Virus record (IMG/VR): IMGVR_UViG_3300008120_000087
From: an uncultured virus (IMG/VR IMGVR_UViG_3300008120_000087)
Lineage: Duplodnaviria; Heunggongvirae; Uroviricota; Caudoviricetes
Length of the DNA stretch: 64,000 bases
Direction: 5' to 3' (one strand)
Part shown: positions 10,367 through 21,144 of the stretch, piece by piece
Layout: every line of letters starts with the position of its first letter
How positions within the stretch are numbered: the stretch's first letter is position 1
Notes under the pieces: generated by a model
Told to the model about the DNA's origin: nothing
Databases searched by the model: none
Seen by the model: only the letters and a program-made list of their open reading frames with translations
Position numbers and translations under genes: made by a program

Positions 10367-10713
10367 GTAAACCAGATTTTATTAATCAATTAGAAAAAAA
10401 AGAAGGTATTTTTTCCCTTTTGGATTTTCACAGATATCCAGATGATTTAATCAAGTATTTGGATGAAAAAAAACTTAAGAGAGTTTATGAGAGAGGAGTA
10501 GTTTCCAACCGAGGCAAAGCTAAATGGGAGGAAGTCATTTACGAAACAGCTCAAAAGTTCTATCTTCAAGTTAATACAATAAACGTAAATGGAGAAGATG
10601 AGTTTGGACTCACTATTTATTATAAACCTGAACAATTTAAAGAACTTGTTTTTTTAACAACTCAACTTTTAAAACCCTTCAAAGATGGAACAGATAACAA
10701 CGGAACAACTTAA
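10354..10713 (+). CDS. Hypothetical protein
   Basis: 119 aa ORF in operon. Confidence 0.55.
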   Translation: MGFLGKPDFINQLEKKEGIFSLLDFHRYPDDLIKYLDEKKLKRVYERGVVSNRGKAKWEEVIYETAQKFYLQVNTINVNGEDEFGLTIYYKPEQFKELVFLTTQLLKPFKDGTDNNGTT

Positions 10714-11008
10714 ACAAAAAATTAACAACGGAGAAAATTTTGTATTGGATTTGTTTGCAACATGGTGCGGACCTTGTAAAATAATGTTATACAATCTCGA
10801 AAAGGTGAACGAATCCCTGATTAGTGAGTCAACAAGTTCACCCAAGTATTCAATCTATAAGTTGGATATTGATTCCGATAGAGAGTATGTCGTAAACGAA
10901 CTTCAAATCAGAAGTGTTCCAACAATTAAAATATTTAAAGAAGGTAAAGAGGTGTTTTCTAAACCTGGTGTCATGACTGCACCCGAAGTATTAAATCTTT
11001 TAGATTAA
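10685..11008 (+). CDS. trxA: Thioredoxin
   Basis: WCGPC active site, SVPT cis-Pro loop. Confidence 0.9.
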   Translation: MEQITTEQLKQKINNGENFVLDLFATWCGPCKIMLYNLEKVNESLISESTSSPKYSIYKLDIDSDREYVVNELQIRSVPTIKIFKEGKEVFSKPGVMTAPEVLNLLD

Positions 11009-11009
11009 A

Positions 11010-11309
11010 ATGAAAAATTTAAACGTTATAGTATACACAATGAAAGGATGTCCTCATTGTGATGAATTCAAAAAAATGTTGAGAACCGAAAACATAGACT
11101 TCTTTGAACGAGACATCGATGAGTATTCCAAAGAATATAATATGTATTCTGAAGTGACGGAAAATGACATGGTTCCAGCTTTGATGATTATCGAAGGTGA
11201 CGATAAAGATTATGAACCTCATTTATATGCTCCAGAAAGAAATTATAATGAATTAACTGAGGCAATTCAAATTATACAAGGACACAGAAAAAAATTAGGT
11301 ATTATATAA
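11010..11309 (+). CDS. Glutaredoxin-like protein
   Basis: VYTMKGCPHC and MVP motifs. Confidence 0.85.
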   Translation: MKNLNVIVYTMKGCPHCDEFKKMLRTENIDFFERDIDEYSKEYNMYSEVTENDMVPALMIIEGDDKDYEPHLYAPERNYNELTEAIQIIQGHRKKLGII

Positions 11310-12015
11310 TAATAAATCCCTCAACCTTTTCTTTCAAAAAATCATATTCGTAAAGTGGGTCTGTGAGTTCGATACTCCAATCCACTTTTTTTATTTCTTT
11401 GGCGATTGGCTCCATATTGAAATCAAATATATCTAAGACCGCAGAACGAAGCACTTCATCCTTTGTTTTGTAAAATCCATCGTAAACGCTGAATCCAAAT
11501 TCATTTTCATCATTTCTCTCATTTGTTAGATGAAATTCCAAACTCGTGACAAGGTAATTGGATGGAATGTTGTAGAATATTTTTTTCCCATAATAATAAA
11601 GTAATCTACCCTGAGTTAGGGAATAACCGTGGGGAAATGAAGAAACGTATACTAATTCATCAGTTTCTTCGGAAATCTCATTTTTTTCGATTTCGGTTTG
11701 ATTATATGAACAGTTGGAGGTATTACTGTGGTATGTGTGGGAAATTGACTTTACATCAGGTAAATCAGAATCATATTCAATTAAGTCAATTGTATGGGTG
11801 AGTTTAGAGGGTATTTCGAATCTCTCATTAAATTTAGAAATTATGTTTGGTAAAAATAAAACTTCTTTTGAAGTGGTTTTTCCTTTGATAACAAAAAAAT
11901 TACCACAGTCGATTACTTTTATTATTGAGTTCTCTTCAGTTGATATCTCAGAAAGAATGTAGTCTGAAAGTAAGTTTACAACGTAAGATTTGCTACCTAT
12001 TTTTTTTAATGTCAT
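11302..12015 (-). CDS. Hypothetical protein, distant resemblance to the SAM synthetase fold
   Basis: LLSDYILSEI...FFVIKGKTTS resembles MetK ISDAILD...VLVGGEITT. Confidence 0.4.
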   Translation of the reverse strand: MTLKKIGSKSYVVNLLSDYILSEISTEENSIIKVIDCGNFFVIKGKTTSKEVLFLPNIISKFNERFEIPSKLTHTIDLIEYDSDLPDVKSISHTYHSNTSNCSYNQTEIEKNEISEETDELVYVSSFPHGYSLTQGRLLYYYGKKIFYNIPSNYLVTSLEFHLTNERNDENEFGFSVYDGFYKTKDEVLRSAVLDIFDFNMEPIAKEIKKVDWSIELTDPLYEYDFLKEKVEGFIII

Positions 12016-12088
12016 AAATTAATAATTATAATAGTGTCAATTATAAAATTTTCCAAAATAAAAATGAATACAAATTCTATTCAACTTG

Positions 12089-12095
12089 TATTTAT
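12089..12095 (+). promoter_or_regulatory. TATTTAT putative late promoter (representative; at least 18 copies just upstream of starts)
   Basis: Recurs on the sense strand shortly upstream of start codons on both strands. Confidence 0.65.
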
Positions 12096-12115
12096 ATAAA
12101 TAGAAAAAAACATTC

Positions 12116-14740
12116 ATGGGTGATATTTTAATAGTTCCGAGTAATTCCATTTCTAGAACACCAGACAGAGTCCCTTATATAAATTGGGTTAACAGTGGAA
12201 CAAGTGTTTGGAGAGTTGTGCCAACGGGTAAGATTAATCTTAGCTCAGCATCAGTTACTAATCAATTAGTTATTGACCGTTCTAGCCAAACAATTGGTGT
12301 TGTAACGCTTAATGTTTCTGATTATTTTGCTATTGACTCAGTTCAAGTAATTGATGGAACTTTGGATTGGATTGGACCAACCACAGGTATTGCAGGAGCT
12401 CAAGGGGCTCAGGGTCACCAAGGTGCGCAGGGCAATACAGGTGCACAGGGTGATACGGGTGCACAGGGAAATTTGGGTGCACAAGGGTTACAAGGAATAC
12501 AAGGTGCACAAGGTGATACAGGTGCACAAGGTCAGGTTGGACCCCAAGGGGCACAGGGTGCTAAAGGCACAACCCAGGGTGCACAGGGTAATACAGGTGC
12601 ACAAGGAGCCACGGGAAATACCGGTGCACAAGGAAATACAGGTGCACAGGGTAATACAGGTGCACAAGGAGCCACAGGTAACACAGGAGCGCAAGGTAAC
12701 ACGGGAGCTCAAGGAAATGTTGGACCACAAGGGGCCACAGGTAATACAGGAGCACAAGGAAATACAGGTGCACAGGGTCATACAGGTGCTCAAGGAGCTA
12801 CAGGTAACACAGGAGCACAAGGTAATACAGGAGCACAAGGAAATGTTGGTCCACAAGGGGCCACAGGTAATACAGGAGCACAAGGTAATACAGGAGCACA
12901 AGGAAATGTTGGACCACAAGGGGCCACAGGTAACACAGGGGCTCAGGGAGCTACCGGGGCTACAGGTAACGTAGGACCACAAGGAGCCACAGGTAACACA
13001 GGAGCACAAGGTAATACAGGAGCACAAGGAAATGTTGGCCCACAAGGAGCCACAGGTAATACAGGTGCACAAGGACCTACAGGTTCTACAGGTGCAGTAG
13101 GACCTCAAGGTGCTACAGGTCCTCAAGGGGCTCAAGGACCACAAGGTGCGACGGGTCATGCTGGTGCTCAGGGTGCTACAGGACCACAAGGAGCACAGGG
13201 ACCAACAGGAAATACAGGTCATCCAGGTGCACAAGGTGCTACGGGGAATGCTGGTTCTACTGGGGCACAAGGTGCGACGGGTCATGCGGGTGCTCAAGGT
13301 GCTACAGGACCACAAGGTGCACAGGGGCCAACAGGAAACACAGGTCACCCTGGTGCTCAAGGTGCTACAGGTAATGCAGGTTCGACGGGTGCTCAAGGAG
13401 CCACAGGACATCCAGGAGCTCAAGGAGCAACAGGACCAACAGGACCTCAAGGTGCTCAAGGTGCCGTTGGTCATACAGGAGCACAAGGAGCCACAGGACC
13501 ACAAGGTCCAACAGGTTCGGGTGGAGGAACAGGACATCCAGGAGCACAAGGAGCCACAGGACCACAAGGTCCTCAAGGTTCAGGTGGAGGAACAGGACAT
13601 CCAGGAGCACAGGGAGCCACAGGACCACAAGGTCCAACAGGTTCTGGTGGAGGAACAGGACATCCAGGAGCACAAGGTGCCACAGGACCACAAGGTGCAC
13701 AAGGTGCAGGGGGTAATACAGGTGCAATTGGTCCTCAGGGAGCAACAGGTGCTCAGGGTTCACAGGGTGGTAAGGGTGCTACAGGTCATCCAGGTGCACA
13801 AGGAGCAACAGGAAATCAAGGTGCTCAAGGTGCTCCAGGACCACAAGGTGGAACAGGAGGTCAGGGTGCTCAAGGTGCTCAAGGTCCTCAAGGTGGTGGG
13901 GGTGCTACGGGTAGCCAAGGGGCGCAAGGAGCTGCTGGACCGAAAGGTCCAAACGGAGGTCAAGGTGCTCAAGGTGCACCAGGTGTAACAGGACCTCAAG
14001 GTAACCAAGGTGCACAAGGACCAGGTGGTCCTACTGGTCCTACGGGTAACCAAGGTGCACAAGGGTCGGGTGGTCCTACGGGTCCTACGGGTCCTACGGG
14101 AGGACAAGGAGCCCAAGGTGCACAAGGTGCAACAGGACCTGGCTCGTTCACCTCTTGTTTTGTTCAGAATCTATGTGGTGATTCTTATTACGCCATTTGT
14201 GTAAACGCGGGGGCATGTCAAAACAGAACAGTTTATTCCCAAGATATTAACTGGCAAGCAAATTTTAGCATCCAACTCGCTTCAGATGTTACAACTTGTC
14301 AAAACTCAACATTTCAGTGGACCTATGGTTCAATTACGATTGGTGTTACATATTTGTATTATGGTTCTACTAACTTCAATGGTTATTTTACATACGGGGG
14401 CAGCTGCTCTGATAGAAGAGTCAAATATAATGTTAAATCACTTGATAATACACTTGAAAAAATTCTTGAACTTAGAGTCGTAGAATACGATTGGAATGAA
14501 AAGTTGACGAAAAGCGATTACATTAAAAGATTAAACAATAACAAGCTTCACTCGATTGGTCTGATAGCTCAAAATGTTAAAGAATTTTTCCCGACAGTAG
14601 TTAAAATCGGTTCTGATGGTTTTTATACTGTTGAATATAATAGAATGAACGCCGTTTTGATTGAAGGTATTAAAGAGCAACAAGTATTTATATCAGATAT
14701 CGAAAAACAAATAAATGAACTTGAAAACCTTCTTAATTAA
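12116..14740 (+). CDS. Collagen-like fibre 1 with Cys-containing head and peptidase S74 chaperone domain
   Basis: Gly-X-Y tract 12386-14143; [15 protein letters not shown]-terminal coiled coil. Confidence 0.9.
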   Translation: MGDILIVPSNSISRTPDRVPYINWVNSGTSVWRVVPTGKINLSSASVTNQLVIDRSSQTIGVVTLNVSDYFAIDSVQVIDGTLDWIGPTTGIAGAQGAQGHQGAQGNTGAQGDTGAQGNLGAQGLQGIQGAQGDTGAQGQVGPQGAQGAKGTTQGAQGNTGAQGATGNTGAQGNTGAQGNTGAQGATGNTGAQGNTGAQGNVGPQGATGNTGAQGNTGAQGHTGAQGATGNTGAQGNTGAQGNVGPQGATGNTGAQGNTGAQGNVGPQGATGNTGAQGATGATGNVGPQGATGNTGAQGNTGAQGNVGPQGATGNTGAQGPTGSTGAVGPQGATGPQGAQGPQGATGHAGAQGATGPQGAQGPTGNTGHPGAQGATGNAGSTGAQGATGHAGAQGATGPQGAQGPTGNTGHPGAQGATGNAGSTGAQGATGHPGAQGATGPTGPQGAQGAVGHTGAQGATGPQGPTGSGGGTGHPGAQGATGPQGPQGSGGGTGHPGAQGATGPQGPTGSGGGTGHPGAQGATGPQGAQGAGGNTGAIGPQGATGAQGSQGGKGATGHPGAQGATGNQGAQGAPGPQGGTGGQGAQGAQGPQGGGGATGSQGAQGAAGPKGPNGGQGAQGAPGVTGPQGNQGAQGPGGPTGPTGNQGAQGSGGPTGPTGPTGGQGAQGAQGATGPGSFTSCFVQNLCGDSYYAICVNAGACQNRTVYSQDINWQANFSIQLASDVTTCQNSTFQWTYGSITIGVTYLYYGSTNFNGYFTYGGSCSDRRVKYNVKSLDNTLEKILELRVVEYDWNEKLTKSDYIKRLNNNKLHSIGLIAQNVKEFFPTVVKIGSDGFYTVEYNRMNAVLIEGIKEQQVFISDIEKQINELENLLN

Positions 14741-17700
14741 TGTCTGACGTTATAATATATCCCAATGGTAAAAGTGGTGGAAACCCTAACCCTCATATGG
14801 AATTTGAAGGGATTTCATCCGCGGACAAAATACAATTATCTGTTAATGGTTCTGGAAATATCCAAGTTTCATCAACAACAAAAAGTAACATAGCAACTAT
14901 CGGAGCTGAATTACTCGTTGATGGTGCAAAGGTCACCGGAGGAATATATGGATTGTATGTGGGTGGTATAGAAATGATTAATGAAGTTGGCGAATGGGTA
15001 GGACCTGCTGAGGGTATATCTGGATTTACCGGTGCTCAAGGAGCACAAGGTGCTTCAGGAACTACAGGCTCTCAGGGGTCAATAGGTGCTCAAGGAGCGC
15101 AAGGTTCTCAAGGTGCTAAGGGAGCAATAGGAAATGTAGGTGCTCAAGGTTCACAAGGTTCGATAGGACCTCAAGGAGCTCAAGGTGCTACGGGTGGACA
15201 GGGAGCACAGGGAGCTCAAGGAGCGGATACGGGAGCTCAAGGTGGTCAAGGAGCTCAAGGTGGTCAAGGAGCTCAAGGTGCTCAAGGAGCTAACACAGGT
15301 GCTCAGGGTTCACAAGGTGCACAAGGAGGACAAGGTGCTCAAGGTGCTCAAGGTGGAACAATTGGTGCTCAAGGAGCTCAAGGAGCACAAGGAGGACAGG
15401 GTTCACAAGGAGCTCAGGGAGCTAATACAGGTGCTCAGGGTGCACAAGGAGCCCAAGGAGGACAAGGTGCACAAGGAGCCCAAGGAGGAACAACAGGTGC
15501 TCAGGGTGCACAGGGGGCACAAGGAGGACAAGGAGCTCAAGGAGCTCAAGGAGGAACAACAGGTGCTCAGGGTTCAACTGGAGCACAAGGTGCACAAGGT
15601 TCTCAAGGAGCACAAGGAGGAACAACAGGAGCCCAAGGAGCTCAAGGTTCACAAGGAGGACAGGGTGCTCAAGGAGCCCAAGGGGGAACCACGGGGGCAC
15701 AAGGAGGTCAAGGAGCTCAAGGTGGAACAGGAGCACAAGGAGCCCAAGGAGGAACAACAGGTGCTCAAGGTGGTCAAGGCTCACAAGGAGGACAGGGAGC
15801 GCAAGGTGCACAGGGTGCTTCAACAGGTGCACAAGGAAACCAAGGTGCACAAGGACCACAAGGTGCTCAAGGTGCACAAGGAGCCAATACAGGAGCTCAA
15901 GGTAATACAGGTGCTCAAGGAGCTCAAGGCTCTCAAGGAGCACAAGGAGCCAATACAGGTGCACAAGGAAACCAAGGTGCACAAGGACCACAAGGTGCTC
16001 AAGGAGCACAAGGAGCCAATACAGGAGCTCAAGGTAATACTGGAGCACAAGGGGCACAAGGTTCACAGGGTGCTCAAGGTGGTTCAACAGGTGCCCAAGG
16101 TGCGACAGGTAATCAGGGTGCCCAAGGAGCCCAAGGAGCTCAAGGTGGTTCAACGGGAGCACAGGGAGCTCCTGGTGTTCAGGGCTCTCAAGGGGCTCAG
16201 GGAGCTCAAGGAGCTTCAACAGGTGCACAAGGTGCTCCTGGTGTCCAAGGTTCACAAGGAGCTCAAGGAGCCCAAGGAGGAAATACGGGTGCACAAGGTG
16301 CTCCTGGTGTCCAAGGTTCACAAGGAGCCCAAGGAGCTCAAGGTGGTAACCAAGGTGCACAAGGTAACCAAGGTGCTCAAGGACCAACAGGTGCTCAAGG
16401 AGCTCAAGGTGGAACTACAGGTGCTCAAGGAAGCCAAGGTGGAGGTGGTTCCACAGGTGCTCAAGGAGCACAGGGTGGTGCTCAGGGAGCTCAAGGCGCT
16501 CAGGGTCCTGTTGGGGCTCAAGGTGGAACAGGAGGGGGAGGTGCAACAGGATTCCAAGGAGCACAGGGACCAACAGGACCTACAGGAGGAACAGGAGGAC
16601 AAGGTGCCCAAGGAGCAGTGGGGCCTGGTGGAGGACCAGGAGCTACGGGAGCCCAAGGGGCTCAAGGCTCGGGTGGTGGTCAAGGGGGTCAAGGTGCCCA
16701 AGGTGCTACAGGTTCAGGTGGGGGCCAAGGTGGTCAAGGTGCTCAAGGTAACGTAGGACCTACAGGTCCTCAGGGTGGAACTGGTCCAACAGGAGGTCAA
16801 GGAGCTCAAGGAGCTCAGGGTCCACCTTCAGACCAAAGACTTAAAGATAATATTCAATCCTTAACAAATGTATTAGAAAAAGTTAAAGGTATTGAGGGTG
16901 TTAGATTCGAATGGGTTGACCATCCTAAAATATCAATGAACCGTGCAATATCTCTTCCAAGTGCATTTACTGGTGAAACAATAGGTTTTATTGCACAGCA
17001 AATTGAAGATATCGTCCCAGAAGTTGTTTGGACAGACGAGGAGGGCTTTAAATCAGTTGAATATGGTCTTATGGTAAGTTTGGGTATTGGTGCACTTCAA
17101 GAACAACAGAAAAGAATAATCTCAATAATGGAGAGAATAAAAATTTTAAAAGATAATTTAAGTGTCTGAAAATATAATAATATATCCTGATTATGCGTTT
17201 CCCACGGTCGAATTCGTTGATTCTGGCTCAACCTCAACATATTTGAAGCTTGAAGACGATTCACCACTACTACATTTGCATTGGACAGATAATAGTAATA
17301 TTGTTTATCTTGCTTGGAGAAGTGATAAACCTTCATTTGTAACTTACAATAGTAACCTCAAGATAACAACTAGTTTAAAAAATTCAGCAGGAACACTTAT
17401 CAACTCTACAGGATGGGTTGGTAATAGAGAACCAACTGGTGCTCAAGGTAGTATTGGTTTTCAAGGGGGACAAGGTGCTCAAGGAAATCAAGGTTCCCAG
17501 GGAGTGACAGGTGGTCAAGGTGCTCAAGGTTCACAAGGGGGTCAAGGAGCACAAGGTCCAACAGGGGCTCAAGGTATTACTGGCTCACAAGGTTCCCAAG
17601 GTGCTGTAGGTCCACAAGGCGCACAAGGTGGTCAAGGTGCTCAGGGTGCAATAGGTGCACAAGGCGATACTGGTTCTCAGGGTTCACAAGGAGGTCAAGG

Positions 17701-19183
17701 TGCTCAAGGTGCCACAGGTTCACAGGGAGCGGTCGGTTCTCAGGGTTCACAAGGTGGACAAGGTGCTCAAGGGCCGGTAGGGTCACAAGGTGCTACAGGT
17801 TCTCAGGGTTCACAAGGAGGTCAAGGTGCTCAAGGTGCCACAGGTTCTCAGGGAGCGGTTGGTTCCCAAGGGTCACAAGGAGGTCAAGGAGCACAAGGAC
17901 CAGTTGGGTCACAAGGAGCTACAGGTTCCCAAGGTTCACAGGGAGGACAAGGAGCTCAAGGTGGACAAGGTTCACAAGGTGCCATAGGTTCACAAGGTTC
18001 ACAAGGTGGACAGGGAGCTCAGGGTCCCGTTGGTTCAGCAGGAGCCACAGGTTCCCAAGGTTCACAAGGTGGACAGGGAGCTCAAGGGCCAGTAGGTGCA
18101 CAAGGGGCCACGGGCTCACAAGGTTCGCAGGGAGGCCAAGGAGCACAAGGTCCAGTAGGTTCTGCGGGTGCCACAGGTTCCCAAGGCTCACAGGGTGGAC
18201 AAGGAGCTCAAGGAGCGCAAGGTTCGGGTGGTAATCAAGGAGCTCAAGGACCAACAGGTGGACAAGGAGCTCAAGGAGGACAAGGTTCTCAAGGTGGTAA
18301 GGGTGCTACAGGACCAACAGGTGGACAAGGAGCTCAAGGAGCGCAAGGTTCGGGTGGTAATCAAGGAGCACAAGGACCAACAGGTGGACAAGGAGCTCAA
18401 GGAGGACAAGGTTCACAAGGTGCCAAAGGTGGTCAAGGTTCACAAGGTGGACAGGGAGCACAAGGAGCACAGGGGCCTGTAGGTGCCACAGGTTCACAAG
18501 GTTCTCAAGGAGGACAAGGTGCTCAAGGAGCACAAGGTGGTAAAGGTAACCAAGGAGCTCAGGGACCAACAGGAGGACAAGGTGCGCAAGGAGCTCAAGG
18601 CCCAGGAGGAGCCCAAGGAGCACAAGGACCGGCAGGAGGACAAGGTGCGCAAGGAGCTCAAGGTGGTAAAGGTAACCAAGGAGCACAAGGACCGGCAGGA
18701 GGACAAGGTGCGCAAGGAGCTCAAGGCAGTGGTGGAAACCAAGGAGCCCAAGGTTCACAGGGAGGACAAGGTTCTCAAGGTGGTGGTGGTGCAACAGGAG
18801 CTCAAGGAGCTCAAGGTTCTCAAGGTGGACAAGGTGCTCAGGGTCCTGGCGGAGCACAAGGTGCTCAGGGTCCTGGCGGACCAACGGGTAACCGAGGTCC
18901 ACAGGGAGCTCAAGGTCACACAGGACCTCCTGGTGGAGGAGGTGGAACTGGTTCTCAAGGAGCCCAAGGTCCATCACAAGGTAATGGAAACCAAGGTGCA
19001 CAAGGTGCTCAAGGTCCTGGAGGACCAACCGGTCCTACGGGTAATCAAGGTGCTCAAGGGACTGGTGGTGGAACAGGAGGAACAGGTCCACAAGGTGCTC
19101 AAGGTGGAGGTGGTGGAACTGGTCCACAAGGTGGCACAGGACCAACAGGGGCACAAGGTGCATCAGGTGCACCTGGACCATCG
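12386..19183 (+). repeat. Three coding 9-nt-period tandem repeat tracts (ggNgcNcaR dominated)
   Basis: Tracts 12386-14143, 15013-16827 and 17438-19183. Confidence 0.95.
14740..17169 (+). CDS. Collagen-like fibre 2 with peptidase S74 chaperone domain
   Basis: Gly-X-Y tract 15013-16827; [14 protein letters not shown]. Confidence 0.9.
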   Translation: MSDVIIYPNGKSGGNPNPHMEFEGISSADKIQLSVNGSGNIQVSSTTKSNIATIGAELLVDGAKVTGGIYGLYVGGIEMINEVGEWVGPAEGISGFTGAQGAQGASGTTGSQGSIGAQGAQGSQGAKGAIGNVGAQGSQGSIGPQGAQGATGGQGAQGAQGADTGAQGGQGAQGGQGAQGAQGANTGAQGSQGAQGGQGAQGAQGGTIGAQGAQGAQGGQGSQGAQGANTGAQGAQGAQGGQGAQGAQGGTTGAQGAQGAQGGQGAQGAQGGTTGAQGSTGAQGAQGSQGAQGGTTGAQGAQGSQGGQGAQGAQGGTTGAQGGQGAQGGTGAQGAQGGTTGAQGGQGSQGGQGAQGAQGASTGAQGNQGAQGPQGAQGAQGANTGAQGNTGAQGAQGSQGAQGANTGAQGNQGAQGPQGAQGAQGANTGAQGNTGAQGAQGSQGAQGGSTGAQGATGNQGAQGAQGAQGGSTGAQGAPGVQGSQGAQGAQGASTGAQGAPGVQGSQGAQGAQGGNTGAQGAPGVQGSQGAQGAQGGNQGAQGNQGAQGPTGAQGAQGGTTGAQGSQGGGGSTGAQGAQGGAQGAQGAQGPVGAQGGTGGGGATGFQGAQGPTGPTGGTGGQGAQGAVGPGGGPGATGAQGAQGSGGGQGGQGAQGATGSGGGQGGQGAQGNVGPTGPQGGTGPTGGQGAQGAQGPPSDQRLKDNIQSLTNVLEKVKGIEGVRFEWVDHPKISMNRAISLPSAFTGETIGFIAQQIEDIVPEVVWTDEEGFKSVEYGLMVSLGIGALQEQQKRIISIMERIKILKDNLSV

Positions 19184-19504
19184 GATTTAAGGTTCAAAAC
19201 TAATATCAGACCAATTACAGATAGTTTGGACAAAATATTAAAGACTAGAGGTGTTTCCTACCATCTAATAAAAGATGATGAAAGACCCGAGTTACTTCAG
19301 ATAGGTTTTATTGCACAAGAGTTGCAGTTGGTATTTCCTGAACTCGTTTATGAAGACCCAGAAACCACAATGTTATCAATAAGATTTGAAACGATTATAT
19401 CAGCTTGTTTAGAGGCAATCAAAGAACAATCCACCCTTTTAGATTTCCATGAAAGGAAATTAGAAAAATTGGAAATGTTAGCAAGCGGAAAAAAAGGGAT
19501 TTAA
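17162..19504 (+). CDS. Collagen-like fibre 3 with peptidase S74 chaperone domain
   Basis: Gly-X-Y tract 17438-19183; [18 protein letters not shown] start. Confidence 0.9.
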   Translation: MSENIIIYPDYAFPTVEFVDSGSTSTYLKLEDDSPLLHLHWTDNSNIVYLAWRSDKPSFVTYNSNLKITTSLKNSAGTLINSTGWVGNREPTGAQGSIGFQGGQGAQGNQGSQGVTGGQGAQGSQGGQGAQGPTGAQGITGSQGSQGAVGPQGAQGGQGAQGAIGAQGDTGSQGSQGGQGAQGATGSQGAVGSQGSQGGQGAQGPVGSQGATGSQGSQGGQGAQGATGSQGAVGSQGSQGGQGAQGPVGSQGATGSQGSQGGQGAQGGQGSQGAIGSQGSQGGQGAQGPVGSAGATGSQGSQGGQGAQGPVGAQGATGSQGSQGGQGAQGPVGSAGATGSQGSQGGQGAQGAQGSGGNQGAQGPTGGQGAQGGQGSQGGKGATGPTGGQGAQGAQGSGGNQGAQGPTGGQGAQGGQGSQGAKGGQGSQGGQGAQGAQGPVGATGSQGSQGGQGAQGAQGGKGNQGAQGPTGGQGAQGAQGPGGAQGAQGPAGGQGAQGAQGGKGNQGAQGPAGGQGAQGAQGSGGNQGAQGSQGGQGSQGGGGATGAQGAQGSQGGQGAQGPGGAQGAQGPGGPTGNRGPQGAQGHTGPPGGGGGTGSQGAQGPSQGNGNQGAQGAQGPGGPTGPTGNQGAQGTGGGTGGTGPQGAQGGGGGTGPQGGTGPTGAQGASGAPGPSDLRFKTNIRPITDSLDKILKTRGVSYHLIKDDERPELLQIGFIAQELQLVFPELVYEDPETTMLSIRFETIISACLEAIKEQSTLLDFHERKLEKLEMLASGKKGI

Positions 19505-19518
19505 AAATCCCTTTTTTT
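19490..19518. terminator. Bidirectional intrinsic terminator
   Basis: AAAAAAGGGATTT-a-AAAATCCCTTTTTT between convergent genes. Confidence 0.75.
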
Positions 19519-20369
19519 TATTTATAGTTTTTGTTGATAATGTCTCTAATCTCGAAAGTTGTATTGTAGAACATACTTAGGAACTTTTTCCATATTTCAG
19601 GATTAAATTTCTTAATCAATTCGACATAGTGTAAATAATATGGTTCCTCACCTCTTTCAGGAAGTAAGTCCGCCAAATGGGGCATATCTGCGGTCAGATT
19701 CTTAAGAACTTTGAATGAATCTTGTCCTACGTGTTCGTCATTGATTCTGAAAAGAATGTCTTGACTGAGCTTATTTAATGGCTCACCCTTGGCAAAATAG
19801 TTGAGAATATTTTTCAAAGACTTATCCAAAATCTCTTTGTTTTCAATTTTTCTTAATCTTTTTGCTCTTCTTTCAAATTCTCTTACAAGACCTTCCAAGA
19901 ACTCATTTGATATCGCAAAGAATTCTATTGGATGACCCCAATACTTTTCATCAGACTTTTCATCATAGCTCAACATATATTTTGGAGACCAAGAACTACT
20001 TTGAGTTGGGTCACTGGCGTGTATCATCTCATGATAGATTGTAAGATAAAGATTTTTCTTAGATTCGTAATATTTTGGATTTACCTCGATATAAATGTCT
20101 GCGGGGTCATAAGATTTACTCGGTTTAGTTCCCATAAATCCCAAGTATTTCAATCTTGGATTAACAATCACTTTTACCAAACCGTCAACACCATTTGCAG
20201 TTTTGAAGGGGATAACATCAACAACCTCTTTCTTATTACCGTAATTTTTGTTTCGGTCATTCCAAAGGTTTTCTACGACCGAATTAATTTTTTGTAGTAA
20301 TTCAGGTGTGAATTTATATCTTTTAGCTTCAGATAAAATATCGGATAATATGTTGATGAATTTAGGCAT
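19518..20369 (-). CDS. Putative zincin (HExxH) protein
   Basis: YHEMIH plus downstream HPIE. Confidence 0.6.
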   Translation of the reverse strand: MPKFINILSDILSEAKRYKFTPELLQKINSVVENLWNDRNKNYGNKKEVVDVIPFKTANGVDGLVKVIVNPRLKYLGFMGTKPSKSYDPADIYIEVNPKYYESKKNLYLTIYHEMIHASDPTQSSSWSPKYMLSYDEKSDEKYWGHPIEFFAISNEFLEGLVREFERRAKRLRKIENKEILDKSLKNILNYFAKGEPLNKLSQDILFRINDEHVGQDSFKVLKNLTADMPHLADLLPERGEEPYYLHYVELIKKFNPEIWKKFLSMFYNTTFEIRDIINKNYK

Positions 20370-21144
20370 TCAAATCAGTCCTCCAATCTATGTTTATTTT
20401 ATTAGGTTTGATTTTACCTGTATAAGAATCAAATACTTGTTTGAAAGGTAATTGAGCTTGTTTGATGTTTTTGATTCTTGTCATGTTATCTCCTATCCCT
20501 GTAGATAAATAGGCTTGAATCTCATCATCTACCACATTTTCTCCATATCCCATACCAGTTATTTTTCTTGCTACCGATTCTCTTACATTTGGCTCGAGTC
20601 TTTCTATGTTTTTCATTTGTTTGTTCTTATAAATTGGAGATGAAAACCAAAGACCATGTGCTACTTCGTGAAAAATAAGTGAAGGGTCTTCACCATTACT
20701 TTGGTCAATACCAATTAAATAGAAATCCTCTCCACCTACTAACGTTCTAATCGTATCTATTACACTAAACATTATCAAATCATAAAAATTTACGTCTGGA
20801 ATAACTTTCATACAAGATTCAATTGAGTTACAAGGGATATTATAACCTGCCCAATCTTCATGATAAGAGAAATAATCTTTCTTGGTCTTTTTCTTGTAAT
20901 GTTTCACGTAGTCATACCATTTGAAACCTTTTCCTCTAAATGTCTCGGAATCTGACTCATAAAACTCCTGATACCTCATAAAAACTCTTGCTCTTAATTT
21001 GTCGTCTTTGATGACAAGAGCAAAAATCTTTGGATACATCTCGAAAAGTTCTATTTGGGATAAAATATTTTTGATGTTTGGTGGAGGAGTTTTTCTTGGA
21101 GTAAAGCCTCTTTGTTCAACTAATATGTATTTTACGTAAGCCAT
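20362..21144 (-). CDS. Putative zincin (HExxH) protein
   Basis: FHEVAH plus downstream DEIQAY. Confidence 0.6.
   Translation of the reverse strand: MAYVKYILVEQRGFTPRKTPPPNIKNILSQIELFEMYPKIFALVIKDDKLRARVFMRYQEFYESDSETFRGKGFKWYDYVKHYKKKTKKDYFSYHEDWAGYNIPCNSIESCMKVIPDVNFYDLIMFSVIDTIRTLVGGEDFYLIGIDQSNGEDPSLIFHEVAHGLWFSSPIYKNKQMKNIERLEPNVRESVARKITGMGYGENVVDDEIQAYLSTGIGDNMTRIKNIKQAQLPFKQVFDSYTGKIKPNKINIDWRTDLNA

Noticed and set aside
12386..19183. Possible CRISPR array or VNTR
   Set aside because: Repeats are in-frame Gly-X-Y codons with synonymous variation and no unique spacers; no cas genes
12330..19190. Long alternative-frame and antisense ORFs (HKVLKE- and LVHL-rich) over the collagen genes
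   Set aside because: Shadow ORFs caused by stop-free 9-nt repeats
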